Virus record (IMG/VR): IMGVR_UViG_3300031784_000003 | DNA from: a virus | Taxonomy: Duplodnaviria; Caudoviricetes | Direction: 5' to 3' (one strand) | Length of the DNA: 64,000 nt | Part shown: positions 40,538 through 50,837 of the stretch, in pieces | Numbering within the stretch: position 1 is the stretch's first letter | How the letters are laid out: every line of letters begins with the position of its first letter | The notes under the pieces: generated by a model | Database searches by the model: none | Told to the model about the DNA's origin: nothing | What the model saw: the letters and a program-made list of their open reading frames with translations, nothing else | Translations under genes and position numbers: made by a program

Positions 40538-43335
40538 AAAGAATATTAATTACTGAAAAACAATATAAAAATTTATTAAATTTAGTTAATGAACAATTTG
40601 TTAAATATAATAATCCTGAAGATGAAAAAGATCTTAGTCACGATATTGTAGATACTTTAACATATTTAACTGTTGTATTTAGAGAAAACAACATCAATAA
40701 AGATGTCTTTGTTGATAAAATAGAGGATGGTGTGGTTTATTTGGATCCGACTAAATATACTCAAGAAGAAAAAGACATAATTGAAAAAAGATTACAAACT
40801 TATGTGGATTACCAAAAAAATCCTAGAGATAAAGTTTTAACAAATGCTTTAGGATTCGATAGTGGATTTGATAGTGATTGGACAGGTGGGGATATTGCGG
40901 ATGTAGAAGATAATAGTGATGTTGCGGATGTAGAAGATAATAGTGATGTTGCGGATGTGGAAGATGACAGTGATGTTGCGGTTATTGAAGATGAAGCGGA
41001 AAAAATATATAAACAAATAGAGGCTTGTGATTTTGGAAGAAATTCTAAAGGTAATAAAAGAAAAGTTATATTACCACCTACAATGGATATTAGATTTTAT
41101 CAGGATTTACTTAAAAAGTTAGGTGCAAATTTTACTTGTCAAAAGATGTTATTCTTTTTTGCGTGGAGAGATGGGGAAAGTTCTAAATCAACATATAACC
41201 CTTTTGCGACAACATATAGAGATGAGAAAAACGAAGGTTGTTATTACAATTGTTTAAAAAGTGGTAAGGGATATAAACCTACTGGTTGTAGGACATGTCC
41301 TCCAGGTACAAATCCTGGTGTTAGGAATTATAAAACTTATAGTTCTGGATTAGATGCGACATATAAAACACTAACTAATGGATTGTATCAGAATGTAATT
41401 AAAAAATTAAAAAATGATAATATTACTGCGGTAGAAATTGCTTCAGAAAAGTCTGAGTTAAAGACTTGGGGAACAGGAGGATTAGTTCTGGATATACTTA
41501 AATATACTAATACTATTAGGGTTAATAGAATAGAAAAATATGGAGGAGGTTCGATAGTTGATGATGAGTGTGTTTTAACTACTGCAGAATACAACTTTTA
41601 TAAACAACATATAAAAAATAAAAGTGATGGTGACGCATTTAGAGGGTGGGTTAATTCAGATAGTAGTAGATTAAATTATGTGAATAGAAAATTATCTGAT
41701 TGTTCTTTATTTACTGGTTTAGAAAAGACAGGTGAACTTAATGACTATGTTGAAATCGCCTTCAAACATAAGGGTAAAGAATGGGTTAAATTAGGTAAAC
41801 CAGGTAAAGAAAGTGAAAATGTAGTAGTTGATAGTAAAAAAGATGAGGAAATAAGAAATAGAATTATAAAATATGCAGAAACTAAATTAGGGCAACCATA
41901 TATTTGGGGTAAAGAATTTGATGGTGTAGGTGGAGATTGTTCTGGTTTTATTGATAATGTTTTAAGAAATGTAAATGGTATTACCTCACCTTATGATGGT
42001 AGAGAAACGTCAGCAGTTTTAAAGAAATTAGTTTTAGGGAAAAATGTGGGTAAGAAATCTGGACTTAAAAGGGGTGACATCTTAGTGTTTAACCCTAGAG
42101 CTGGTGGAAGTATAGGTCATGTTGGGTTTGTCCATAACGTAAATAGTGATGGGACAGTAGATATGATACACTCCTCTTCATCAAAAGGGGTAATAATCCA
42201 AAAAGATATATTAAATAGTGGTATAGGTAAAAGGTATTATGGGGCACTACCAATCGTAAACGGTAGGTATGAGTCATCGAGTACTGGTGAAATTAGTAGT
42301 AACGTTAATGTTAATAATTCTAGGAAAGATGAAGATGATTGTCCTAACTATGATTGTTGGTCATATTTTGGTAAAGAAAGTTTTTGGAATGGTACAAGTA
42401 AAATAAATAATAAAACTGTACCTAAAATTACAATAGAAAAATCTAATAGTTTATTTAAAATAACTTATAAGGGTACATCATCAGGATTTTTACTTAAACA
42501 TAGTAAAGGTGGTAAAAATGATACCATTCATCAGTTGTTAAATGTTCTTACATTAGAATTGAATGATTATTTAAAAACCCGTTATTTAAAACCTGTTATT
42601 AAATCTATTAAAATGGATTTGGTTGGTAATAGTTTAACTGTTGAAGTCCCTTTAATTGATAGTGGTAATAAAAAATATATTATAAATAGGAGAGGTAGAT
42701 TAGGTGGTGGATCAATAGATGAAAGTGGGTTAGTTAAATATGAAGATATGGATGGGTATGAAGAGGTATACCATACTTCTGGCTCACTTAGAGAGAAATT
42801 TATAACAGTAATTGACACAAACGTTGGTTTTGGTAATAAAAATGAAGGAATAGAACAACCTAAAAAGGGAACTGATATCACTAAACCTAGTGATGCTAGA
42901 TTAACATCTCTACCACAAAGTAGTAGATGGGGTAGACCACATCATGGGTATGATATAGTGGGTCCTTATAGTGGTAAAAAATGTTTAATAGTTTGTAATA
43001 ATCCAGGAATAGTTACACATGCTGGTAGATGTGGAGGTTATGGTAACCTAGTTGAGATTGATCATGGTATGGGGAAATTTTCAGCATACGCACATCTTCA
43101 TAAAATATTTGTTACTGAAGGTCAACAAATAAATGTAGGTGATGTTATAGGTATTGAAGGAAATACTGGTGGTTCTATGGGTAGACATTTACATTTTGAA
43201 GAAAGGGTAAGAAGACCTAAAAATTTAAAGAATAGATGTGGAAATGGGTCACCATATAATGAAGCTTATGGTTACGATACCGTAAAACCATTAAGTAATT
43301 TAGATAACTACTTTTATTTTCAACAAGGTATATGA
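40534..43335 (+). CDS. Multidomain virion peptidoglycan hydrolase (lysozyme-like, NlpC/P60, M23)
   Basis: AWRDGES..YNPFAT; QPYIWG..DCSG..HVG; HHGYD..YGNLV..YAHL..GNTG..HLHFE. Confidence 0.8.
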   Translation: MKRILITEKQYKNLLNLVNEQFVKYNNPEDEKDLSHDIVDTLTYLTVVFRENNINKDVFVDKIEDGVVYLDPTKYTQEEKDIIEKRLQTYVDYQKNPRDKVLTNALGFDSGFDSDWTGGDIADVEDNSDVADVEDNSDVADVEDDSDVAVIEDEAEKIYKQIEACDFGRNSKGNKRKVILPPTMDIRFYQDLLKKLGANFTCQKMLFFFAWRDGESSKSTYNPFATTYRDEKNEGCYYNCLKSGKGYKPTGCRTCPPGTNPGVRNYKTYSSGLDATYKTLTNGLYQNVIKKLKNDNITAVEIASEKSELKTWGTGGLVLDILKYTNTIRVNRIEKYGGGSIVDDECVLTTAEYNFYKQHIKNKSDGDAFRGWVNSDSSRLNYVNRKLSDCSLFTGLEKTGELNDYVEIAFKHKGKEWVKLGKPGKESENVVVDSKKDEEIRNRIIKYAETKLGQPYIWGKEFDGVGGDCSGFIDNVLRNVNGITSPYDGRETSAVLKKLVLGKNVGKKSGLKRGDILVFNPRAGGSIGHVGFVHNVNSDGTVDMIHSSSSKGVIIQKDILNSGIGKRYYGALPIVNGRYESSSTGEISSNVNVNNSRKDEDDCPNYDCWSYFGKESFWNGTSKINNKTVPKITIEKSNSLFKITYKGTSSGFLLKHSKGGKNDTIHQLLNVLTLELNDYLKTRYLKPVIKSIKMDLVGNSLTVEVPLIDSGNKKYIINRRGRLGGGSIDESGLVKYEDMDGYEEVYHTSGSLREKFITVIDTNVGFGNKNEGIEQPKKGTDITKPSDARLTSLPQSSRWGRPHHGYDIVGPYSGKKCLIVCNNPGIVTHAGRCGGYGNLVEIDHGMGKFSAYAHLHKIFVTEGQQINVGDVIGIEGNTGGSMGRHLHFEERVRRPKNLKNRCGNGSPYNEAYGYDTVKPLSNLDNYFYFQQGI
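40891..40980 (+). repeat. 27-nt in-frame tandem repeat (about 3.3 copies)
   Basis: gatgttgcggatgtagaagataatagt units encoding DVADVEDNS. Confidence 0.9.
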
Positions 43336-43715
43336 GAAAAAAAATATATGGTGGAGTTTTATTAATTGATATTAATAGTAATGAATTTTTATTAGGGCAG
43401 AGGGGTAAAAATACTACCTTTGCCAATTCTTGGTCACTATTTGGGGGTAAAATAGAAGAAGGTGAAGATGTTTTAGATGGGATAAAAAGAGAGTTATTGG
43501 AAGAAACAGGTATTAGTTCTAAAGGTATAACGTTCAAACCATTTGAGGTTCAGTATACTATGGGGTATCCTTACCATTTTTTTATTGGTTATTGTGACGG
43601 ACAGAAAAAATGTATATTAAATGATGAGAATCAAGATTGGGGATGGTTTAATTTAGATAATTTACCTAAACCATTATTTCCTACACTTTATTCTTCACTA
43701 GTTAGAATTTTTTAA
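43332..43715 (+). CDS. NUDIX hydrolase
   Basis: GGKIEEGEDVLDGIKRELLEETG Nudix box. Confidence 0.9.
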   Translation: MRKKIYGGVLLIDINSNEFLLGQRGKNTTFANSWSLFGGKIEEGEDVLDGIKRELLEETGISSKGITFKPFEVQYTMGYPYHFFIGYCDGQKKCILNDENQDWGWFNLDNLPKPLFPTLYSSLVRIF

Positions 43716-43728
43716 TTATAATTATCTT

Positions 43729-43920
43729 ATGAATGAATTAAAAAAAATAGAATCTGACATACAGTTAGAAAAATTAAAAACAGAACTTAAAAAAGAAAAA
43801 TTTATAAAAGATATTAAAAATGGGTTAGGTGATCATATTAAAGTTAATGGTGGTTCAGTTAAAAAAATAAAAAAATCATTTATTAAACGTATTTGGGAAA
43901 AAGTTTTAAAAATATTTTAA
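43729..43920 (+). CDS. Hypothetical protein
   Basis: 63-aa basic ORF. Confidence 0.5.
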   Translation: MNELKKIESDIQLEKLKTELKKEKFIKDIKNGLGDHIKVNGGSVKKIKKSFIKRIWEKVLKIF

Positions 43921-43921
43921 T

Positions 43922-44143
43922 ATGAATTTAGAAAAAGTTTTAGAAATTGCGAATGAATGTATTGGGAATGAATTAATCCCTACAGAAAATCTAACTATAA
44001 CATATAAGTTAGATAAAGAAATACATAAAAAATTAGATGAGGAATTGTTTTATAATACAAACAATAACTTAAATAATTTTATCCATAATGATTTAATCGA
44101 AATTAATATTGCGGGAATTACATTTATCTTCGAAATAAAGTAA
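43922..44143 (+). CDS. Hypothetical protein
   Basis: 73-aa ORF. Confidence 0.5.
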   Translation: MNLEKVLEIANECIGNELIPTENLTITYKLDKEIHKKLDEELFYNTNNNLNNFIHNDLIEINIAGITFIFEIK

Positions 44144-44189
44144 TTTGACATTTGATAAAAAAATCTATAACATTAGAAAAAAATAATGT

Positions 44190-45200
44190 ATGGAAGAAAA
44201 TAATACGCACAAAGATTTTATGGATTATCTATTAAATGATGATAAAGAAACTTACGACAATGGTTTATCTCATCCTAGTGTTGAATCTGAAGAAAATGAA
44301 CGTAAAGTGGTTGATGAAATTCTCGAAAGTAGAATGATAGAATATTATTGTTGTGATAGATTTTATGGTAATGAAAAATTAGTATGTGATAATATAAAAA
44401 AATTAAGTAGTTGGGTGTGTGATGAGGATGGACTTAATATGAAAGAAAATATTAACTTTATATTACAGGACATTGTAGAATGTGAAAACCTAAACGAAAT
44501 GTATCAAAAACCATTAGAATATCTACATAGGACAGGAATCGTAAACGATATTATAAAAAAATCGGATGGTAGTTATTATACTAAAAAACTAAATAATTGT
44601 TGTTTAGTTAAAAACTCTAATGGTGAATGGAGTTATGTTAATAAATTAAATACCAACTACAGTGATTTATCAGAATTACTTACCACACTATTCATAAAAG
44701 GTGGACAGATAGAAAAACTATCTAAAATGAATAGTTCTGAAATAAAAAAGTTTTTACTTACAATTAAAGGTGGTACATTGACTAAACTATTGCAGAAATA
44801 TTTTACGTTAGATGATTATGAAGATTATACTTATAACACTAAGAATAATACTAAGGTTGGTGATTATGTAGAAAATCTAACTAAAGAATTGTTACAAGAA
44901 GATGGATTTACTTTATTATATGAAGGGTGTAACGGTAATTTTATTGATATGATTTATGGTGTGGATCTTATTATGGAAAAAGAAGGTGAAATATATTTGG
45001 TGCAAGTTAAAAGGAGATCATCCGTTGCAAAACAAAGTACTACTAATGTGAAGTATAGATATATTGATATTTTTGCAGGAGAATCACCTGACTATAATGG
45101 TATTATGTTATATAATAGACATGAAAAATTCGTAGAAAAATTTATGGGTAGAAATGTTTTAAAAAAGAATATGAATTATTTAAAAGAAATATATAAATAA
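44190..45200 (+). CDS. Protein with C-terminal PD-(D/E)XK-like nuclease motif
   Basis: GDYVE...GVDLIM..YLVQVK. Confidence 0.5.
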   Translation: MEENNTHKDFMDYLLNDDKETYDNGLSHPSVESEENERKVVDEILESRMIEYYCCDRFYGNEKLVCDNIKKLSSWVCDEDGLNMKENINFILQDIVECENLNEMYQKPLEYLHRTGIVNDIIKKSDGSYYTKKLNNCCLVKNSNGEWSYVNKLNTNYSDLSELLTTLFIKGGQIEKLSKMNSSEIKKFLLTIKGGTLTKLLQKYFTLDDYEDYTYNTKNNTKVGDYVENLTKELLQEDGFTLLYEGCNGNFIDMIYGVDLIMEKEGEIYLVQVKRRSSVAKQSTTNVKYRYIDIFAGESPDYNGIMLYNRHEKFVEKFMGRNVLKKNMNYLKEIYK

Positions 45201-45247
45201 TTTTGTTTTTTAAAAAGATATATCATATATTTGTAGAAAATATTATT

Positions 45248-45874
45248 ATGGGTTGCGATGTTCATATGTTTGTTGAAAGGAAAAATTCTGAAACTAATAG
45301 TTGGGAAAAAGTAAATGATGAATTTTTTTGTGATTATAGTCTAAAAAGTGCGGAGGATTATATAATACATAATTTAGGTTTAACTAGAGAAGAATCTAAT
45401 CATATGTTAAAGAAATTTTTTAAAGGGGATAAACCTAACTCTAAATTAGAGGAGTACGTCATCAATAAGTTTTTGGTAGATGTGTTTTCTGATAATTGGA
45501 CTGAAATAAATGGGTTAGGTAAATTACCTGATCCTAGAACTGATCAACCTTATAACGGTAGAAATTATACATTGTTTGGTGTATTGGCTGGAGTAAGAGA
45601 CACTTATATGCATATGATTAGTGATGAACTTAGAGGGTTACCTATTGATGTGTCTAAAGAAATTTCTGATTTAAGTGATGATTGGGATGTGGACGGACAT
45701 TCACACAATCACTTATATTTGGATGAAATAATAAATAGTGAATATTATGAAATGAGTGATGACGAATTAGATGATATAGGTTTAGGTACTCATTTTTTTA
45801 GATATACAGTTAATTCACTTTTAGAAATAGGTGATACTAAGGACATTAGAATAGTATTTTGGTTCGACAATTAA
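45248..45874 (+). CDS. Conserved phage hypothetical protein
   Basis: MGCDVHMFVE start at 45248; RNYTLFGVLAGVR and HSHNH motifs. Confidence 0.6.
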   Translation: MGCDVHMFVERKNSETNSWEKVNDEFFCDYSLKSAEDYIIHNLGLTREESNHMLKKFFKGDKPNSKLEEYVINKFLVDVFSDNWTEINGLGKLPDPRTDQPYNGRNYTLFGVLAGVRDTYMHMISDELRGLPIDVSKEISDLSDDWDVDGHSHNHLYLDEIINSEYYEMSDDELDDIGLGTHFFRYTVNSLLEIGDTKDIRIVFWFDN

Positions 45875-45953
45875 AAAAAATAATTTTTTTTTAAAAAACA
45901 TTTGACTTTTTAGAAAATAGTATATAAATTTGTATTCAGAAATAAAAAAAGAT

Positions 45954-47369
45954 ATGGAAACACAGTTGACTAATATTGAGAAAGAGAACGTAACATTAAC
46001 TAAAAACGGTATGGTTACTAACCCAACAACACTTAATAAGTGTGTTGACTTATTCTTCTCTATTGGTTCAATGAGAGGTAAGTCAAAAGATAAATTAATT
46101 AAAATGTTTAATGAGGCATTTGAAGAAAATCCTTTGATTACGACAAAAATTCTTTTTTGGGTTAGAGATATTAGAGGTGGTGCGGGTGAAAGAAAAGTGT
46201 TCAGAGATATTATTGAATACTTGGTAACTAACTCACCAGAAACAGTTAGAAAAAATATTAATCTAATACCTGAGTTCGGAAGATGGGATGACATATTGAT
46301 TCTTTTGGGTACAGAATTAGAAGAAGATATGTTTTACCATATCAGAGCAGCGTTAATCAACCGTACCGATGGTTTATGTGCTAAATGGATGCCTAGAAAA
46401 GGTGAGTTGGCAAACAAACTTAGAAAATTGTTTAAGATGACACCTAAACAATATAGAAAAATGTTAGTTGAATTAACTAATGTTGTTGAAACTAAGATGT
46501 GTGATAAGGATTGGGAATCTATTGATTATTCTAAATTACCTTCTTTAGCGTCATCTAGATATCAAAAATCTTTTAAGAGAAACGATACTGTTAGATATGA
46601 GGATTATAAAAATGCGTTGGTTGATGGTACCGCTAAGGTAAATGCTGGGGCAGTATATCCATATGATATCATTAAATCTATGAGATATGGTGGTGACGAT
46701 GTTGTCAACAATAAACAATGGGAATCCCTACCAAATTTTATGGAAGGATCCACTGAAAGAATATTACCAGTGGTAGACGTTTCTGGATCTATGACTTGTT
46801 CAGCAGGAGGAAATCCAAACCTAACATGTATAGATGTGGCAATATCATTAGGTATGTATATATCTGAAAGAAGTGAAGGTAATTTTAAAGATGCGTTTAT
46901 CACATTCTCTGAGAATCCACAACTACAGTATTTAAAAGGTGATTTAAAACAAAGATTGAACCAGTTACTTAGTGCGGAGTGGGGTATGACTACTAATTTA
47001 GAAAAAGTATTTAAATTAATACTTACACAGGCTAAGAACAACAAAATATCTGAAGATATGATGCCGACTAAAATAATTATTTTATCGGATATGGAGTTCA
47101 ACGAAGCAACTCGTAAAGATAGTAGTTCACAATCTATGATTGAAGCTATGTATGAGGAGGCAGGGTATAAAAAACCTGATATCATCTACTGGAATTTAAA
47201 TGCGACTGGAGGTAACTTTCCTGTTGAGTTTGATGAAAACGGAACTGCGTTAGTTTCAGGATTTAGTCCGTCAATTCTTAAATCTTTATTAGGTGGTAAG
47301 AATATGACACCAGAATCCATATTGTTGGATACTGTGAATAGTGAAAGATATGGTGTTATAACCGTATAA
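45954..47369 (+). CDS. TROVE/Ro60-like protein (DUF2828-type helical domain plus vWA)
   Basis: RDIRGGAGER, FGRWDD, CAKWMPR; vWA MIDAS DVSGS, FITFS, ILSDMEF. Confidence 0.75.
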   Translation: METQLTNIEKENVTLTKNGMVTNPTTLNKCVDLFFSIGSMRGKSKDKLIKMFNEAFEENPLITTKILFWVRDIRGGAGERKVFRDIIEYLVTNSPETVRKNINLIPEFGRWDDILILLGTELEEDMFYHIRAALINRTDGLCAKWMPRKGELANKLRKLFKMTPKQYRKMLVELTNVVETKMCDKDWESIDYSKLPSLASSRYQKSFKRNDTVRYEDYKNALVDGTAKVNAGAVYPYDIIKSMRYGGDDVVNNKQWESLPNFMEGSTERILPVVDVSGSMTCSAGGNPNLTCIDVAISLGMYISERSEGNFKDAFITFSENPQLQYLKGDLKQRLNQLLSAEWGMTTNLEKVFKLILTQAKNNKISEDMMPTKIIILSDMEFNEATRKDSSSQSMIEAMYEEAGYKKPDIIYWNLNATGGNFPVEFDENGTALVSGFSPSILKSLLGGKNMTPESILLDTVNSERYGVITV

Positions 47370-47391
47370 AAAGTTCTTTGAAAAAAAATAT

Positions 47392-47548
47392 TTGTGATAG
47401 TTAAGGAATAATTGCAGCAAAATTTAAAACTAAAATTTATAGCTACATACAAAGGGCTTGATAACCCTCCTAACTATAAGGGTGTAAACCACGAAAGTGG
47501 GGGACCACTCACGGTTAGGTAAAGTGTCAAACTATTCCGATATCACAA
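47392..47548 (+). ncRNA. Y-RNA-like structured RNA A
   Basis: Closing helices TTGTGATA/TATCACAA and GGAATA/TATTCC followed by TTGCAGCAA; internal hairpins CCTAAC/GTTAGG and CCAC-gaaa-GTGG. Confidence 0.55.
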
Positions 47549-47556
47549 TCATATTA

Positions 47557-47878
47557 GGTGTAATGGATTGGAGGTTAACGAACCTCCTTTAAGTCCGATA
47601 AACGAATGGTTTCTGCAACTCTTATTCTAGGAACTATGTAGATCAGAAGTTTTACCACTTTACTTCAAAAAAAATATAAAGTGGCGACCATAGGTGAGTT
47701 TAAACGTGGGAAATTCCCACACTTTAGGTCGTAAAACATACCTCTTGTTTATCTCAAGTTAAAAAGGTAGTTGGATTTGTCTCAATTAAAAAAAAGACAC
47801 CCGAACCAGAATGGGCCAATAATATTGGGGTGGGTACTCTACCACCTAAAATAAAAACAGGACCACCATTCCGACACC
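47557..47878 (+). ncRNA. Large Y-RNA-like structured RNA B
   Basis: GGTGT/ACACC and GAATGGT/ACCATTC closing helices, TTCTGCAAC motif, at least 7 internal helices, no ORF. Confidence 0.55.
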
Positions 47879-47886
47879 GACATTTA

Positions 47887-47913
47887 AAAGGGAAGAGAAA
47901 TCTTCCCTTTTTT
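47887..47913 (+). terminator. Intrinsic terminator
   Basis: AAAAGGGAAGA-gaaa-TCTTCCCTTTTTT. Confidence 0.85.
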
Positions 47914-47986
47914 ATTTTATAACATTTACAGTTTAAATTATTTTCAGTAACATTGTTTATAATAACAAAGTTAAGAAATTATATAT

Positions 47987-48460
47987 ATGAAAATTGTTAC
48001 AAAAAACATTAAATTAGAAAAAGGGGATAGACATTATTTAATTTATCTAATGGATCATAACAATAACCCTATTGAATGTAAAGAGGCTATCGGAGAAGAG
48101 GATAGATTAGGTAAGGAAAATGAATTAAGTAAACAATATAGTATTACTACTGAAAACATTGAGTTTGTGTCCTTAGATAAATTTAAAAGTCAAAATAGTG
48201 ATTATACCCCACTAATTCTTGTATTTTATTTAGAAAGACACTTATTCTCTAATAGAGATATGATCCAAACCTATGGAGATAGTGTGAGAAAGTATTTGGA
48301 GGATAAAGGTGATGACGTAAGATTATTCTTTTTACCAACGGATGATAAAGAAGAAATAAAATGTATTAATCCTGTTTATATAGAAGATAATGATGAGTTG
48401 GAAAAATTAAATGATCTGATTGAAGATCTTAATGATAAATTTCAAGTTGGTGTTGAATAG
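47987..48460 (+). CDS. Hypothetical protein
   Basis: 157-aa ORF. Confidence 0.55.
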   Translation: MKIVTKNIKLEKGDRHYLIYLMDHNNNPIECKEAIGEEDRLGKENELSKQYSITTENIEFVSLDKFKSQNSDYTPLILVFYLERHLFSNRDMIQTYGDSVRKYLEDKGDDVRLFFLPTDDKEEIKCINPVYIEDNDELEKLNDLIEDLNDKFQVGVE

Positions 48461-49111
48461 TTAAGGGCGGGTGGATGATCTATATGTTTTATTTATTGTC
48501 CACCCAGTCTTTTCCACAATTCTTTTATATGTTTTAGTTCTATTCTTTCTATTTATTGGACCTGTGAATAAGATATTTTTAACTTTATTAGTTTCACAAA
48601 ATTCTAATAAAACCCTATATAATCTTTTAGTATCATAAGGGTTTTTACAAACTATAATATTAAAATCGTAATTTTGATGTATTAATAGTTTATTATTAAT
48701 ATAATTAATTTGTTTGATGTTGTCTTCTTTAGATTTATTTAGTATGAACAACCGTAACAATTTTTTAGTATCCATTCTTTCTTTAAACCCATATACAGTA
48801 AATTTCTCCTCATAAAAATATTCTGATTTATGTATCAGACTCCATTTTTCACTATTTAATTTTACTGGTATAGTTCTACCTAATTCATCTCTATCATAAT
48901 AATCTATATCAGTCTCCTCCTTTTCTTTCAGTAAAAGTAGTTCGTATAAAACTGGTTTTATTTTCTTATAGGCATTATTTTTTTTAGGTAATAGTACAAT
49001 ATTTTTATCCCTAGTTTTGAAGTATTTTTCTTTCGCATTGTTTTCATTACTACCTTCGTATACTATTTTTCTTTTTTTACCGTTCTGAGTAATAATAATT
49101 CTGTAACGCAT
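48461..49111 (-). CDS. Hypothetical basic protein
   Basis: 216-aa ORF filling the gap between plus-strand genes. Confidence 0.6.
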   Translation of the reverse strand: MRYRIIITQNGKKRKIVYEGSNENNAKEKYFKTRDKNIVLLPKKNNAYKKIKPVLYELLLLKEKEETDIDYYDRDELGRTIPVKLNSEKWSLIHKSEYFYEEKFTVYGFKERMDTKKLLRLFILNKSKEDNIKQINYINNKLLIHQNYDFNIIVCKNPYDTKRLYRVLLEFCETNKVKNILFTGPINRKNRTKTYKRIVEKTGWTINKTYRSSTRP

Positions 49112-49166
49112 ATCTTTATTTTCTATTTAAGTATAGTTATACTTTATAAAAAATAAATATAAAATA

Positions 49167-50165
49167 ATGAATAAAGATTATTACCAAATTTTAGGAGTAG
49201 ATAGAAGTGCGAATGAATCCGACATAAAAAAAGCATATAGAAAATTATCTAAAGAGTATCATCCAGATCTAAACCCAAATAATAAAGAGGCAGAAGAAAA
49301 GTTTAAAAGTATTGCCGAAGCGTATTCTGTGTTGTCAGACAAAGAAAAAAAAATAAATTATGATAGATTTGGGACTGCGGATGGTAGAACAAATCCTTTT
49401 GGTGGTATGAATATGGATGACATATTTTCTTCTTTTTATGGTAATATGAAATATGGAAGAAATATGAAAGGTGGAGACATTAGAATTAATGTAAAACTTA
49501 CATTAGAAGAAATGTATAATGGAGTCCAAAAGAAAATAATATATAGAAAATTATCTAAATGTGAACCTTGTATTGGTAGAGGTGGAGAAACAATTAGTTG
49601 CGTTACTTGTAATGGTATTGGTGTGGTAAATAATATTCAAAACACACCATTCGGTAAAATACAAACTACTACACATTGTCCTAACTGTTCTGGTAGTGGG
49701 CAAATCATTACTAAAAAATGTGGTATTTGTTCAGGTAATGGAGTTAGTCAACAAGAAATTCCTTTTGAGTTTGATTTACCTAGAGGAGTTATGGATGGTG
49801 AAATGTTAAGAGTTTTTGGTATGGGTAATTCAGTTAGAAATGGGGTGGAAGGAGATTTATTAATTAATATTATAGAAATACCACATGAAAAATTTAAGAG
49901 GGTAGGTTTAGATATACACCAAAAGATTAATTTAACGTATAAAGATTTAGTTTTAGGTAATGATTCTGTTGAGATAGATACTATAGACAATAAAATAAGG
50001 TTTAAAATACATCCTGGGACTAAGATTGGAACAATGTTAAGGGTACCTAATAAAGGGTTCATTAGAGAAAATTTAAACGGTGATATGTTATTGGAGATAT
50101 GGTTAGATATACCAACAAATATCGATGAAGAAGAAAAAGAAAAAATTAATTTATTAAAAATTTGA
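49167..50165 (+). CDS. dnaJ: DnaJ chaperone
   Basis: J-domain HPD, four CxxCxGxG motifs, C-terminal substrate-binding domain. Confidence 0.93.
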   Translation: MNKDYYQILGVDRSANESDIKKAYRKLSKEYHPDLNPNNKEAEEKFKSIAEAYSVLSDKEKKINYDRFGTADGRTNPFGGMNMDDIFSSFYGNMKYGRNMKGGDIRINVKLTLEEMYNGVQKKIIYRKLSKCEPCIGRGGETISCVTCNGIGVVNNIQNTPFGKIQTTTHCPNCSGSGQIITKKCGICSGNGVSQQEIPFEFDLPRGVMDGEMLRVFGMGNSVRNGVEGDLLINIIEIPHEKFKRVGLDIHQKINLTYKDLVLGNDSVEIDTIDNKIRFKIHPGTKIGTMLRVPNKGFIRENLNGDMLLEIWLDIPTNIDEEEKEKINLLKI

Positions 50166-50221
50166 TTTTTCGGAAATTAATAGATAAATTTGTGTATTAT
50201 TAATTAAAAAATATAAAAATT

Positions 50222-50647
50222 ATGGCAAAATTTGAAGAAGTCTTTGAAGACACATTAGAATTGTTTCAAAAACACATTGATGAAAGTTCTATCCCTAAAT
50301 TCCTTAAAATTAAAATTTTATCGAATAACAATCTTAAAAAAGATTTTGGTGTAGTTAGTAAATCACAAGATATTGTGAAATATATGACTGACTATGATAT
50401 CATCATTCAAGTTAATGAACCAATATTCGATCAATTAGAAAATACTCAAAAAGAGTATATCGTTAGTGATCTTTTGGCTCAGATTGTATATGATATGGAT
50501 AAGGATAAAGTTAGTATTGTGAAACCTGATGTTAACACATTTAGTGGTGTATTAAGAAAATATGGTATCGATACATATTTATCAATTAAAGAAAGTATTT
50601 CAGTACTTTTAGAACAAAAACAAATTGAAGAAGATGCAGTTAGATAA
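50222..50647 (+). CDS. Phage metallopeptidase-like fold, apparently lacking HExxH
   Basis: YDIIIQVNEPIFDQL..QKEYIVSDLLAQI..KPDVNTF..VLRKYG pattern. Confidence 0.45.
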   Translation: MAKFEEVFEDTLELFQKHIDESSIPKFLKIKILSNNNLKKDFGVVSKSQDIVKYMTDYDIIIQVNEPIFDQLENTQKEYIVSDLLAQIVYDMDKDKVSIVKPDVNTFSGVLRKYGIDTYLSIKESISVLLEQKQIEEDAVR

Positions 50648-50837
50648 TAGTAATGGTATAAATAAAATTGCCACCGATCCAACCCTATCTAAACAAGAAA
50701 AGAATTGGGAGTTGATGAGTGTTTTAGGAATGAAATGGTCAGAAACAGTTTCTCTTACTGATGAAGACAGAGATTTTTTATTAACTAAGGTGGAGAAGAT
50801 TAAAATTCATATTGAAAAAAGTAGAAAATTACAATGA
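50625..50837 (+). CDS. Hypothetical protein
   Basis: 70-aa ORF overlapping its neighbours. Confidence 0.5.
   Translation: MKKMQLDNSNGINKIATDPTLSKQEKNWELMSVLGMKWSETVSLTDEDRDFLLTKVEKIKIHIEKSRKLQ

Noticed and set aside
40891-40980. Tandem repeats as a CRISPR array
   Set aside because: They are in-frame 27-nt coding repeats without spacers, and no cas genes are present.
46604-47452. Minus-strand ORFs of 193 and 88 aa
   Set aside because: They are antisense to the TROVE-like gene and have the Ile/Ser/Leu-rich composition typical of shadow frames; the same applies to most short minus-strand ORFs inside long genes.
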